Positions 21,190 to 30,284 of a stretch of DNA of 34,127 nt are shown here, in pieces; position 1 is the stretch's first letter, and every line of letters starts with the position of its first letter. The notes under the pieces are model-generated. The model had not been told where the DNA came from and made no database searches. It saw only the letters and a program-made list of their open reading frames with translations. Origin of the DNA: Moraxellaceae bacterium (lineage in GTDB: Bacteria > Pseudomonadota > Gammaproteobacteria > Pseudomonadales > Moraxellaceae); NCBI GenBank assembly GCA_036795935.1, contig DAIRDY010000001.1, forward strand, positions 1-34,127, written 5' to 3'. A program made the position numbers and the translations under genes.

Positions 21190-21517
21190 AACCGCCGCCC
21201 TGCATTTTCTCGAGGCGCGGGGCCTGCGCCTCGTTTGCCGCAACTACCAGAGCCGCCTCGGCGAAATCGACCTCGTGATGCAGCAGGATGATGTGCTGGT
21301 TTTCGCTGAAGTCCGCCTGCGCCGACACACAGCATTTGGTGGTGCCTTCGCCAGCGTCACCCCTGCCAAGCAACAAAAAGTCATTGCATGCGCAGGGGCT
21401 TTTCTCCACCATCACCCGCAATTCGCAGGCATGGCCTGCCGCTTCGACGTGTTGTCGGTGTTGCCGCACACACACGGCTGGCAGGTGGAATGGCTGCCCG
21501 CCGCCTTCACGACCTGA
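21122..21517 (+). CDS. yraN: YraN family (UPF0102) endonuclease-like protein
   Basis: [35 protein letters not shown]...VFAEVRLRR...CRFDV is collinear with E. coli YraN. This is the only in-frame start, and it overlaps the lpoA 3' end by 68 nt. Confidence 0.88.
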   Translation: MERPPSCRTPAGRRARQHGTEAETAALHFLEARGLRLVCRNYQSRLGEIDLVMQQDDVLVFAEVRLRRHTAFGGAFASVTPAKQQKVIACAGAFLHHHPQFAGMACRFDVLSVLPHTHGWQVEWLPAAFTT

Positions 21518-21528
21518 CCTTCCCACCC

Positions 21529-22119
21529 ATGCAGAAACGCGTCATGACCCTCGCCAGCGACAGCCTGCAGACGCTGGCCCTGCTGGCCGAGACCCAGGCG
21601 GCCGAGATCGCGGCCCTGGCCCAAATCATGGTCGAGGCGCTGATGCAGGAGCAGCGCATCTTCTGCTGCGGCAACGGTGCTTCGGCCGCCAATGCGCTCA
21701 GCTTCGCCACCAAGCTAGGCAACCGCTACGAGCACGAACGGCCGGCCTTCCCGGTCATCATGCTGGGCCAGGAATCCGCCGTGCTGACCGCGGTCGCCGC
21801 CGATCTCGGTTTCGATGACGTCTTTGCGCGACCCTTGCAGGCGCTGGCCCGGCCCGGCGATCTGCTGCTGGCACTGAGTGCCAGCGGCATGCCGGCAAAT
21901 GTCGGCGCTGCCGCACGTGTCATGCAGCAGGGTGGCGGGCGCGTGCTGGCGCTGACCGGTGCCGAAGCCAGCCCACTGGCCGAATTGCTGCGCCCCGACG
22001 ACCTGCACATCCGCCTGCCCGGCAACTGTGCCGCACGCGTGCATGAAGCCCAGCTTTTCGTTCTTAATTGCTGCTGCGACCTGATAGACCGCGCCTTCTT
22101 CGGAGCCGATGATGCCTGA
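21529..22119 (+). CDS. diaA: SIS-domain protein, DnaA initiator-associating DiaA / GmhA-like
   Basis: RIFCCGNGASAANALSFATKLGNRYEHERPAFPVIML...VHEAQLFVLNCCCDLIDRAFF is collinear with E. coli DiaA ([37 protein letters not shown]...CLCDLID). Confidence 0.9.
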   Translation: MQKRVMTLASDSLQTLALLAETQAAEIAALAQIMVEALMQEQRIFCCGNGASAANALSFATKLGNRYEHERPAFPVIMLGQESAVLTAVAADLGFDDVFARPLQALARPGDLLLALSASGMPANVGAAARVMQQGGGRVLALTGAEASPLAELLRPDDLHIRLPGNCAARVHEAQLFVLNCCCDLIDRAFFGADDA

Positions 22120-22714
22120 CTTCCTGCGTAGCGCCCTGCCCCTCCTGCTGGTGACCAGCCTTTCCGGCTGCAACAGCATGCTCGCCTCCATGAGCGGCCC
22201 CGAGCCCGTGGGCAAACCTGCCGGCACGCGTACGCTCAGCATGCGTCTTGAAGACAGCGGCATCGAGCGCACCGCCGGCATCAACATCCTCAAGGCTGAC
22301 CCGCAGTTCCGCGACGCCAATGTCAACGTGATCAGCTTCTATGGCAGCGTGCTGCTGGCCGGCCAAGTACAGAATGACGCGCTGCGCCAGCGCGCAGAGC
22401 AGATCGTGCGAGACATTGCCGAAGTGCGCCAGGTACACAATGAGCTCACCATCGGCGAAGCCAGCTACTACCTAGAACGCATGAGCGATGGCAGCATCAC
22501 CAAACAGGTGCAAAAGCATTTCCTGCTGGAAAAGGGCTTTCCGTCCTCGCGCACGCGCGTGTTCACCGTCGGCGGCACTGTCTACCTGATGGGCAAGCTG
22601 ACCACCGAGGAGGCCGATCTTGCCGTGGCCATCATCAGCAAGGTCAGCGGCATCAAAAAAATCGTGAAGATGCTCGACTACCTGCCGGCGCCGGCGAGCA
22701 CGACGGCCGGCTGA
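22109..22714 (+). CDS. dolP: BON-domain outer-membrane lipoprotein DolP/YraP
   Basis: Lipobox LSGC after a signal peptide, then two BON-like repeats. The position after diaA fits. It overlaps the diaA end by 11 nt. Confidence 0.88.
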   Translation: MMPDFLRSALPLLLVTSLSGCNSMLASMSGPEPVGKPAGTRTLSMRLEDSGIERTAGINILKADPQFRDANVNVISFYGSVLLAGQVQNDALRQRAEQIVRDIAEVRQVHNELTIGEASYYLERMSDGSITKQVQKHFLLEKGFPSSRTRVFTVGGTVYLMGKLTTEEADLAVAIISKVSGIKKIVKMLDYLPAPASTTAG

Positions 22715-22726
22715 ACAGCGGACATG

Positions 22727-22755
22727 AAAAAGCCCGCGATCCTGCGGGCTTTTTT
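22727..22755. terminator. Bidirectional intrinsic terminator between convergent dolP and sspB
   Basis: AAAAA-GCCCGC-gatcct-GCGGGC-TTTTTT. The A-run and T-run flank a GC stem, so it could work on both strands. Confidence 0.8.
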
Positions 22756-22769
22756 GTGCCTCCGGGGCG

Positions 22770-23165
22770 TCACTTGACCACGCGCAGCGCCGGGCGTGCC
22801 GGCTTTTCGGGCGCCGGCGGCGTATCGTCACCACCACCATCGCCGGGCGGGAAGTCCTCGTCTTCGTCGAAGAACATGCCCTGCCCGTTTTCGCGGGCGT
22901 AGATCGCCAGTACCGCCGCCATCGGCGCCAGCACCTGCATCGGCACACCACCGAAGCGCGCGGAGAAGCTCAGCGCGTCATTGCGTATGAACAGGTCACG
23001 CACCGCGCCCGGCGCAATGTTGAGCACGATGCGCCCGTCCTTGACGAAGGCTGCCGGCACCTGCACGCCGGGGCGTGCGGCATCGATCAGGACATGCGGG
23101 GTGAGGCCGTTGTCGTTGAGCCATTCATAGATGGCACGGACCAGATAAGGGCGGCTGGGAGTCAT
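22770..23165 (-). CDS. sspB: ClpXP adaptor / stringent starvation protein B
   Basis: MTPSRPYLVRAIYEWLNDNGLTPHVLIDA at the N-terminus and the ClpX-binding C-terminal tail RPALRVVK. Start at the internal ATG at 23165. Confidence 0.95.
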   Translation of the reverse strand: MTPSRPYLVRAIYEWLNDNGLTPHVLIDAARPGVQVPAAFVKDGRIVLNIAPGAVRDLFIRNDALSFSARFGGVPMQVLAPMAAVLAIYARENGQGMFFDEDEDFPPGDGGGDDTPPAPEKPARPALRVVK

Positions 23166-23187
23166 GAAGCAGGTCTCGTGGGCGGCG

Positions 23188-23219
23188 AAAAAAAGGGATG
23201 GCCAACGCCATCCCTTTTT
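23188..23219 (-). terminator. Canonical intrinsic-terminator hairpin between sspA and sspB
   Basis: The minus strand reads AAAAAGGGATGGC-GTTG-GCCATCCCTTTTTTT. It begins 17 nt after the sspA stop and ends 22 nt before the sspB ATG. Confidence 0.65.
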
Positions 23220-23236
23220 ACGCGCCCGGTGCAGGA

Positions 23237-23872
23237 TCAGGCGTTGCGGATGTCGCGTTCGGCATCCGACAGACTGGTCTGGAAGGACTCGCGGGCAAAG
23301 ATGCGGTCCATGTACTTGAGCATGAAGCGGCACTGCTTCTCCGGCAGCTCGATCTCCATCAGCGGCAGACGCCACAGGATGGGCGCCGCGATGCAGTCCA
23401 GCAGCGAAAACTCATCGCTCATGAAGTAGGGCTTTTCGCCGAAAATCGGCGCGATGGTGATCAGGCTGTCACGCAGTTCCTTGCGCGCCTTGGTCGCCGC
23501 CGCTTCACGCGCCTTGCCGGATAGCAGGGCGTCCACATGCGGGCACCAGTCCCGCTCGATGCGGTAGGCCAGCAGGCGATTCTGGGCACGCGCCACCGGA
23601 TAGACCGGAAGCAGCGGCGGATGCGGAAAACGCTCGTCCAGATACTCCATCATGATCTTGGACTCGTAGAGCGACAGTTCGCGATCCACCAGCGTCGGCA
23701 GGCAGTTGTAGGGATTGAGGTCGGCAAGATCGTCCGGCCGGTTGGCGGCCGTGACGTTGACCACGTCGACCGACACCCCCTTCTCCGCCAGCACGATACG
23801 CACGCGATGGCTGTAGTGATCGGCTCCATCCGAATAGAAGGTCATCGAGGACCGGCGGGTAACCACGCCCAT
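23237..23872 (-). CDS. sspA: Stringent starvation protein A (GST-like, RNA polymerase-associated)
   Basis: [35 protein letters not shown] matches E. coli [41 protein letters not shown] upstream. Confidence 0.96.
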   Translation of the reverse strand: MGVVTRRSSMTFYSDGADHYSHRVRIVLAEKGVSVDVVNVTAANRPDDLADLNPYNCLPTLVDRELSLYESKIMMEYLDERFPHPPLLPVYPVARAQNRLLAYRIERDWCPHVDALLSGKAREAAATKARKELRDSLITIAPIFGEKPYFMSDEFSLLDCIAAPILWRLPLMEIELPEKQCRFMLKYMDRIFARESFQTSLSDAERDIRNA

Positions 23873-23892
23873 GCTTGCACTCCGTCACGCTC

Positions 23893-23926
23893 AAAAACAA
23901 AAAGGGCAGCGGCTCGCGCCGCGCCC
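23893..23926 (-). terminator. Terminator-like hairpin plus T-tract between petC and sspA
   Basis: The minus strand reads GGGCGCGGC-GCGA-GCCGCTGCCC (4+4 bp with an internal mismatch and a GNRA loop), followed by TTTTTGTTTTT. It ends about 20 nt before the sspA ATG. Confidence 0.5.
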
Positions 23927-23965
23927 TGAGACGACACGCCCGGGCATGCCCGGGCGCTCGCTGCA

Positions 23966-24631
23966 TTACTTCACGTCTTTCCAGTATTCCTTGTTCAGGA
24001 ACCAGACCGGGAACATGAGCACCAGCAGGAAGGCCAGCACCCAGACACCCAGACGCTCGCGCTCGGCCTTGATCGGCTCGGCCATGTAGGCCATGAAGTT
24101 CACCAGATCGCCAACCGCCTGCTTGTATTCCTCGGGCTTCAGCTCCTGCTCGAGGTCGTACAGCACATGCGGCATGCCGACATCCTTGAACACGCGGTTG
24201 TTGACGCCGTAGGGACGCTTCTCGTCCTCATAGAAGTTCGTGAGGTAGGAGTAGACCCAGTCCGGGGTACGCAGGCGGGTGCTCATGGTCAGGTCGGGCG
24301 GCGCATTGCCGAACCACTTGGCCTGATCCTTTGCCGGAGTCTTGGGGTTCATGGTGTCACCGATCTTGTCGCCGGTGAACATCATGTACTCCTCGACCAG
24401 CTTGGGATCGATGCCGAGGTCGGTGGCCATGCGCTCGTAGCGCTGGTACTTGGCGCTGTGGCAGCCCAGGCAGTAGCTCACGAACAGCTTGGCACCGTTC
24501 TGCAGCGACACGCGATCCTTGTGGTTGACCGGCGCCACATCACACTTCTCCAGCTCGCCGCAGCCGCCGCCGGCGGCCGGGGCCAGCGCCGGGGACAGCG
24601 CGAGAAGGACGAAAAGAATCAGCTTTTTCAT
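23966..24631 (-). CDS. petC: Cytochrome c1 subunit of the bc1 complex
   Basis: Signal peptide MKKLILFVLLALSPALAPA, haem motif CLGCH, a C-terminal TM anchor, and the PPDLT motif. The start at 24631 overlaps the petB stop. Confidence 0.93.
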   Translation of the reverse strand: MKKLILFVLLALSPALAPAAGGGCGELEKCDVAPVNHKDRVSLQNGAKLFVSYCLGCHSAKYQRYERMATDLGIDPKLVEEYMMFTGDKIGDTMNPKTPAKDQAKWFGNAPPDLTMSTRLRTPDWVYSYLTNFYEDEKRPYGVNNRVFKDVGMPHVLYDLEQELKPEEYKQAVGDLVNFMAYMAEPIKAERERLGVWVLAFLLVLMFPVWFLNKEYWKDVK

Positions 24632-25890
24632 CAGTGGCTCCCCCCGGTCACGCGCTCGGGCACCGGCTTGCATTTTTCAATCGAGGTGTAGATCGGCATC
24701 AGCAGGAAGTACAGGAAGTACACCGCCGTCAGGATACGCGCCAGCACCGTGTTGTTGATGCCGAGGGTGGTGCCGCTCGAGGACACCACGCCGAGGTAGC
24801 CCAGCACGACGAAGCTCACCACCAGCGCCACCAGCCAGGCCTTGCTCATCCAGCCCTTGTAGCGGATGGACTTGACCGGGCTGCGATCCAGCCAGGGCAG
24901 CACGAAGAGGATGGCAATCGCCGCACCCATCACCACCACGCCCGGGAAGGCCGAACCGAACATCGGCGGAATCGCACGCAACATGGCGTAGAACGGGGTG
25001 TAGTACCACACCGGCGCAATGTGGTCCGGGGTCTTCAGCGGATTGGCCGGCTCGAAATTCGGACGCTCCAGGAAGTAACCACCGCCATCCGGGAAGAAGA
25101 AGATGACGACCGAGAACACCATCAGGAACACGACGATGCCGACGAGGTCATGCACGGTGTAGTAGGGGTGGAAGGGAATGCCGTCCAGCGGCACGCCATC
25201 CGGGCCCTTGTTCTTCTTGATCTCGACGCCGTCCGGGTTGTTGGAGCCGACATGGTGCAGCGCCACCAGGTGCATGAACACCAGCGCCACCAGCACCAGC
25301 GGGATCGCCACCACGTGCAGCGCAAAGAAGCGGTTCAGCGTGGCGCCGGAAATCAGGAAGTCGCCACGCACCCAGGTCACAAGGTCGGCACCAACAAAGG
25401 GCACGGTGGCCGCCAGGTTCAGGATCACCTGGGCGCCCCAGTAGGACATGTTGCCCCAGGGCAGCAGGTAGCCGAAGAAACCTTCCGCCATCAGGCAGAG
25501 GTAGATCAGCATGCCGAAGATCCACACCAGCTCGCGCGGCTTCTTGTAGGAGCCGTAGAGCAGGCCGCGGAACATGTGCAGATAGACCACCACAAAGAAC
25601 GCCGAAGCGCCGGTGGAGTGCATGTAGCGCAGCAACCAGCCGTACTCCACGTCGCGCATGATGTATTCGACGGAGTCGAAGGCACCTTCGCCGCTCGGGT
25701 TGTACGACATGGTCAGCCAGATGCCGGTGACGAGCTGGTTGACCAGCACCACCATCGACAGCACACCGAAGAAATACCAGAAGTTGAAGTTCTTCGGCGC
25801 GTAGTACTTGGACATGTGGTATTCGTAGGTTTCCGTTGCCGGAAAACGCGCATCCACCCATCCCATCACGTTCTTGAAGAGCTTGTTCAT
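24631..25890 (-). CDS. petB: Cytochrome b subunit of the bc1 complex
   Basis: Typical cytochrome b sequence (NFNFWYFFG, RYMHSTGASAFF, PEWY-like VWYYTPFY). The ATG at 25890 overlaps the petA stop. A GTG at 25893 is an alternative. Confidence 0.95.
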   Translation of the reverse strand: MNKLFKNVMGWVDARFPATETYEYHMSKYYAPKNFNFWYFFGVLSMVVLVNQLVTGIWLTMSYNPSGEGAFDSVEYIMRDVEYGWLLRYMHSTGASAFFVVVYLHMFRGLLYGSYKKPRELVWIFGMLIYLCLMAEGFFGYLLPWGNMSYWGAQVILNLAATVPFVGADLVTWVRGDFLISGATLNRFFALHVVAIPLVLVALVFMHLVALHHVGSNNPDGVEIKKNKGPDGVPLDGIPFHPYYTVHDLVGIVVFLMVFSVVIFFFPDGGGYFLERPNFEPANPLKTPDHIAPVWYYTPFYAMLRAIPPMFGSAFPGVVVMGAAIAILFVLPWLDRSPVKSIRYKGWMSKAWLVALVVSFVVLGYLGVVSSSGTTLGINNTVLARILTAVYFLYFLLMPIYTSIEKCKPVPERVTGGSH

Positions 25891-26492
25891 CACGCAGCCC
25901 CCTGCTCGACACCGATCACCAGCACGGCATCAGATTCGTAGCTGTGCGGCGGCACTTCGAGGTTGTTGGGCGCAGGCACGCCCTTGTAGACACGACCGGC
26001 AAGGTCGAACTTGGAACCGTGGCAGGGGCAGAAGAAGCCGCCCTGCCAGTTGGTGACCGGGTTGCCCTGGATCTTGCCAAGCTCGAACTCGTCAACCGGG
26101 GAGCAGCCCAGATGGGTGCAGATGCCGGTCAGCACGAGAAACTCGGGCTTGATGGAGCGGTGCGCATTCTGCGCATAGGCAGGCTGCTGGGCCGGGTTTT
26201 CAGAGGCCGGATCGGCCAGCTCGGCATCGACCTTGGGCAGGTTGGCCAGCATCTCGGGGGTGCGACGCACCACCCAGACGGGCTTGCCGCGCCACTCGAC
26301 GATGACCTTCTGGCCCGGCTCCAGCTGGCTGATGTCAGCGCTGACGGGCGCGCCGGCGGCCTTGGCCTTGGCGCTGGGATTCCAGGATTTCACAAACGGA
26401 ACGGCCACACCCACGACACCTGCCGCCCCCACCGCACCGGTGAGGCCGACCAGGAGCCGGCGGCGACCCACATTCACGCCGTCAGTACTCAT
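25890..26492 (-). CDS. petA: Ubiquinol-cytochrome c reductase Rieske iron-sulfur subunit
   Basis: Tat signal GRRRLLVG, and Rieske boxes CTHLGC and CPCHGS. Start at the internal ATG at 26492. The upstream extension in the ORF track crosses a terminator and a tRNA, so it is rejected. Confidence 0.95.
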   Translation of the reverse strand: MSTDGVNVGRRRLLVGLTGAVGAAGVVGVAVPFVKSWNPSAKAKAAGAPVSADISQLEPGQKVIVEWRGKPVWVVRRTPEMLANLPKVDAELADPASENPAQQPAYAQNAHRSIKPEFLVLTGICTHLGCSPVDEFELGKIQGNPVTNWQGGFFCPCHGSKFDLAGRVYKGVPAPNNLEVPPHSYESDAVLVIGVEQGAA

Positions 26493-26688
26493 CAACGTAC
26501 ACTCCAAACGAAGCATCTGCGCCCGTCCGCGGAACGGGCCCCGCCCGCGCGCCGGACGACGCAAAACGGGCCTGAAAAAAAGCCTGCGGATGATAATGAA
26601 ATCACCCACGGATAACAAGGTTGAAACCGGCCGATAACCCGCTGAAACACGGCTCCGCGACATCCACCTCGCGATGATGCGCGGACAT

Positions 26689-26725
26689 AAAAAAAGTGTC
26701 CCCGGACAAGCCGGGGACACTTTTT
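26689..26725 (-). terminator. Intrinsic terminator directly after tRNA-Gln (end of the rplM-rpsI-tRNA unit)
   Basis: The minus strand reads AAAAAGTGTCCCCGG-CTTGT-CCGGGGACACTTTTTTT, a 10-bp GC-rich stem followed by seven T residues. Confidence 0.85.
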
Positions 26726-26729
26726 GAAG

Positions 26730-26803
26730 TGGCTGGGGAACTAGGATTCGAACCTAGACAGACGGAGTCAGAGTCCGTAGTCCTACCGTTAGACGATTCC
26801 CCA
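26730..26803 (-). tRNA. tRNA-Gln (anticodon CUG)
   Basis: The minus strand is 74 nt: TGGGGAATCGTCTAACGGTAGGACTACGGACTCTGACTCCGTCTGTCTAGGTTCGAATCCTAGTTCCCCAGCCA. It folds by hand into a cloverleaf with anticodon loop CUCUGAC, T-loop GGTTCGAATCC and an encoded CCA. It closely resembles E. coli tRNA-Gln. Confidence 0.93.
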
Positions 26804-26842
26804 ACATTCAGACCATCCGGAGGGTGCGCAGCACCCCGCGGA

Positions 26843-27235
26843 TTAACGCTTGGAGTACTGCGGACGCTTGCGCGCCTTGCGCAGGCCGAGCTTCTTGCGC
26901 TCGACTTCGCGGGCATCGCGGGTCACGAAGCCGGCCTTGCGCAGCGGCGACTTCAGTTCTTCGCTGTACTCGATCAGGGCACGGGTGATGCCGTGACGGA
27001 TGGCACCGGCCTGACCGCCGATACCGCCGCCGGCCACCGTGACCTTGACGTCAAACTTTTCCAGCATTTCGACCAGCTCGAGCGGCTGACGCACGATCAT
27101 GCGTGCCGTTTCGCGGCCGAAATAGGTTTCCAGGGTACGGTCATTGACCGTGATCTTGCCGGTGCCGGCGCTCAGGAACACGCGGGCGGTTGCCGTCTTG
27201 CGACGACCAGTACCGTAGTTGGCTTGTGCAGTCAT
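26843..27235 (-). CDS. rpsI: 30S ribosomal protein S9
   Basis: [15 protein letters not shown] near the N-terminus and the C-terminal [12 protein letters not shown]. Confidence 0.98.
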   Translation of the reverse strand: MTAQANYGTGRRKTATARVFLSAGTGKITVNDRTLETYFGRETARMIVRQPLELVEMLEKFDVKVTVAGGGIGGQAGAIRHGITRALIEYSEELKSPLRKAGFVTRDAREVERKKLGLRKARKRPQYSKR

Positions 27236-27245
27236 GGCTTCCGAC

Positions 27246-27674
27246 TCAGATCTTCAGTTCTTGCGGCTGCTGTGCGGCGTGCGGGTGCTCGGCACCACCG
27301 TACACCTTCAGCTTGGCGAGCATGGCGCGACCCAGCGGGCCTTTCGGCAGCATGCCGCGCACAGCGATTTCCAGCGGCTTCTCGGGCTTCTCGGCCACCA
27401 GCTTCTGGAAGCTGGTGCTCTTGAGGCCACCCGGGTAACCGGTGTGGTGATAGTACTGCTTGGCCAGGGCCTTGTTGCCCGTGACCGCGATCTTGCCGGC
27501 GTTGATGACGACGATGTAGTCGCCGGTATCGACGTGCGGGGTGTATTCCGGCTTGTGCTTGCCGCGCAGACGACGGGCAAGCTCGGTGGCCAGGCGGCCC
27601 AGGGTCTTGCCATCGGCATCGACCACAAACCAGTCACGCTTCACCGTTTCCGGCTTGGCACTGAAAGTCTTCAT
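27246..27674 (-). CDS. rplM: 50S ribosomal protein L13
   Basis: [59 protein letters not shown] is a canonical L13 sequence. Confidence 0.98.
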   Translation of the reverse strand: MKTFSAKPETVKRDWFVVDADGKTLGRLATELARRLRGKHKPEYTPHVDTGDYIVVINAGKIAVTGNKALAKQYYHHTGYPGGLKSTSFQKLVAEKPEKPLEIAVRGMLPKGPLGRAMLAKLKVYGGAEHPHAAQQPQELKI

Positions 27675-27732
27675 TGCATTAACGCCTGTTACTTAGGGCT
27701 GCGGCAGGGGGTCCCCGCCCAAGAGGACGCGC

Positions 27733-27761
27733 ATCTTACCCAAGCGTCCCGCCTTTGACAA
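27733..27761 (-). promoter_or_regulatory. Candidate rplM-rpsI promoter
   Basis: Minus strand TTGTCA (27761..27756), a 17-nt spacer, then TAAGAT (27738..27733). This leaves a leader of roughly 50 nt before the rplM ATG. Confidence 0.5.
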
Positions 27762-27763
27762 CA

Positions 27764-27791
27764 GGTGCCGCGGGCAAATTCCCGCGGCACC
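27764..27791 (-). terminator. Perfect 11-bp GC-rich hairpin abutting the rplM -35, probably a terminator/insulator for the acyl-CoA dehydrogenase gene
   Basis: GGTGCCGCGGG-caaatt-CCCGCGGCACC. On the minus strand it is followed by TGTTGTC, which is a weak U-tract. Confidence 0.45.
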
Positions 27792-27802
27792 GTCAGTCGC
27801 CG

Positions 27803-27847
27803 GCCCCGGTTCGGATCCTTATATAGATGTCGGGTCCGGACCGGGGC
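27803..27847. other. Long imperfect inverted repeat (16-bp stem, 13-nt AT-rich loop) in the acd-rplM spacer
   Basis: The arms GCCCCGGTTCGGATCC (27803..27818) and GGGTCCGGACCGGGGC (27832..27847) flank the loop TTATATAGATGTC. The two non-Watson-Crick positions are G-U in a plus-strand RNA but A-C in a minus-strand RNA. Confidence 0.6.
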
Positions 27848-27904
27848 AGGACTTCATCACAATCAACGGGTTACCGCGCAGCCTGGGCCGCGCGGACCGA
27901 CACC

Positions 27905-29047
<1,143 letters not shown>

Positions 29048-29081
29048 CGTTTTCTCTCCGTTGTTGTGGGTCGCTTGCAAA

Positions 29082-30194
29082 TCAGGGGCGGTGCTCGCGC
29101 GCCAGGAATTCCTGCGATTGCATTTCAAGCAAGCGCGAACGCGTGCGCTGGAATTCGAAGGCCAGCTTGTTGCCGGTATAAAGCCCGTCGATGGGCGCCT
29201 CGGCCGACATGATCAGTTTCACCGAACGGTCGTAGAACTCGTCGACCAGGTTGATGAAGCGACGGGCGGCATCATTCAGGCGGTCATCCATCACCGGCAC
29301 GTTGGCCAGCAGCACGGTGTGATACTCTCGCGCCAGCTCGATGAAATCCGGGGCCGAGCGCGCCGCAACGCAGAGCTCGGCAAACGTGGTCCACAGCACG
29401 TCGTCGGTGCAGGCGATGACGTCGATGTGGCGGTCGTTGATGACGATGGGCCGGCACTCCACGTGCAGGCCGGAGGTGAGCTCGCCGAAACTCTGGCGCA
29501 GGCTGGTTTCAGCACCCGCGTCGAGCGGGCAGTGATAAAGCTCGGCCTTTTCCAGCACGCGCAGGCGGTAGTCGATGCCGGAGTCGACATTGAGCACGTC
29601 GCAATGCTGCTTGAGCATGGCGATGGCCGGGAGAAAGCGCTCGCGCTGCAGGCCGTGTTCATACAGGCGGTCGGGCACGATGTTGCTGGTGGCCACCAGT
29701 GTCACGCCGCGCGCGAACAGTTTTTCAAACAGGCCGCCAAGCAGCATGGCATCGGTGATGTCGGTGACGAAGAATTCGTCGAAGCAGATGACCACGGCTT
29801 CGTCGTGCAGGCGGTCGGCGACAATGTCGAGCGGGTTCTGCGTGCCGCGCAGGTCGTTCAGCTCCTTGTGCACGCGCTGCATGAAGCGGTGGAAATGGAT
29901 GCGCAGCTTGCGCCGGAACGGCAGCGACTCGAAGAACAAGTCCATGAGGTAGGTCTTGCCGCGGCCGACGCCGCCCCACATGTACAGACCCTGCACCGGG
30001 CGCCGCATCTCCTTCTGCAGGCGGAGACGGGAAAGGCCGCGCGCCTCGCGGGCCGCGTCATAGCGTGCGCGCAGGCCGTCCGCCACCTTCTGCAAGGCAC
30101 GGACCGCCGCCTCCTGGGCAGCGTCATGGCGGAAATCGGGGCGCGCGAGGTCGCGCTGGTAACGCTGCATGGGCATGGGGGAGACATCCGTCAT
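29082..30194 (-). CDS. zapE: Cell division factor ZapE (AFG1-like ATPase, YhcM)
   Basis: GLYMWGGVGRGKTYLMDLFFESLP...LRIHFHRFMQRVHKEL...VICFDEFFVTDITDAMLLGGL is collinear with E. coli ZapE. The start is uncertain among ATGs at 30194, 30176 and 30170. Confidence 0.92.
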   Translation of the reverse strand: MTDVSPMPMQRYQRDLARPDFRHDAAQEAAVRALQKVADGLRARYDAAREARGLSRLRLQKEMRRPVQGLYMWGGVGRGKTYLMDLFFESLPFRRKLRIHFHRFMQRVHKELNDLRGTQNPLDIVADRLHDEAVVICFDEFFVTDITDAMLLGGLFEKLFARGVTLVATSNIVPDRLYEHGLQRERFLPAIAMLKQHCDVLNVDSGIDYRLRVLEKAELYHCPLDAGAETSLRQSFGELTSGLHVECRPIVINDRHIDVIACTDDVLWTTFAELCVAARSAPDFIELAREYHTVLLANVPVMDDRLNDAARRFINLVDEFYDRSVKLIMSAEAPIDGLYTGNKLAFEFQRTRSRLLEMQSQEFLAREHRP

Positions 30195-30284
30195 TCCGGC
30201 CAAGACAGGAACCAGCCGGTCGGGCGCGCAGTTTACCGGCTGCGGACCCGCACGCAACTGGGCTGAACTGGGACAGGGTCTGCC

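Noticed and set aside
20074-21243. The N-terminal extension of the rsmI ORF, which makes a 670-aa reading frame.
   Set aside because: Homology to RsmI begins at the ATG at 20073, which has a strong SD. The extension is antisense to lpoA and has shadow-ORF composition.
26493-26688. A possible upstream ORF or leader peptide in frame with petA (the ORF-track extension to 26720).
   Set aside because: The frame runs through the tRNA-Gln terminator and into the tRNA. The region is better explained as the petA promoter and 5' UTR. It has a weak TTGTTA-N17-TATCAT candidate and one small hairpin, too uncertain to list as a feature.
30256-30272. A direct repeat AACTGGG-ctg-AACTGGG between the hydrolase stop and the zapE start.
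   Set aside because: It is only 7 bp x2 with no associated promoter motif that I could see. That is too short to separate from chance without comparative data.
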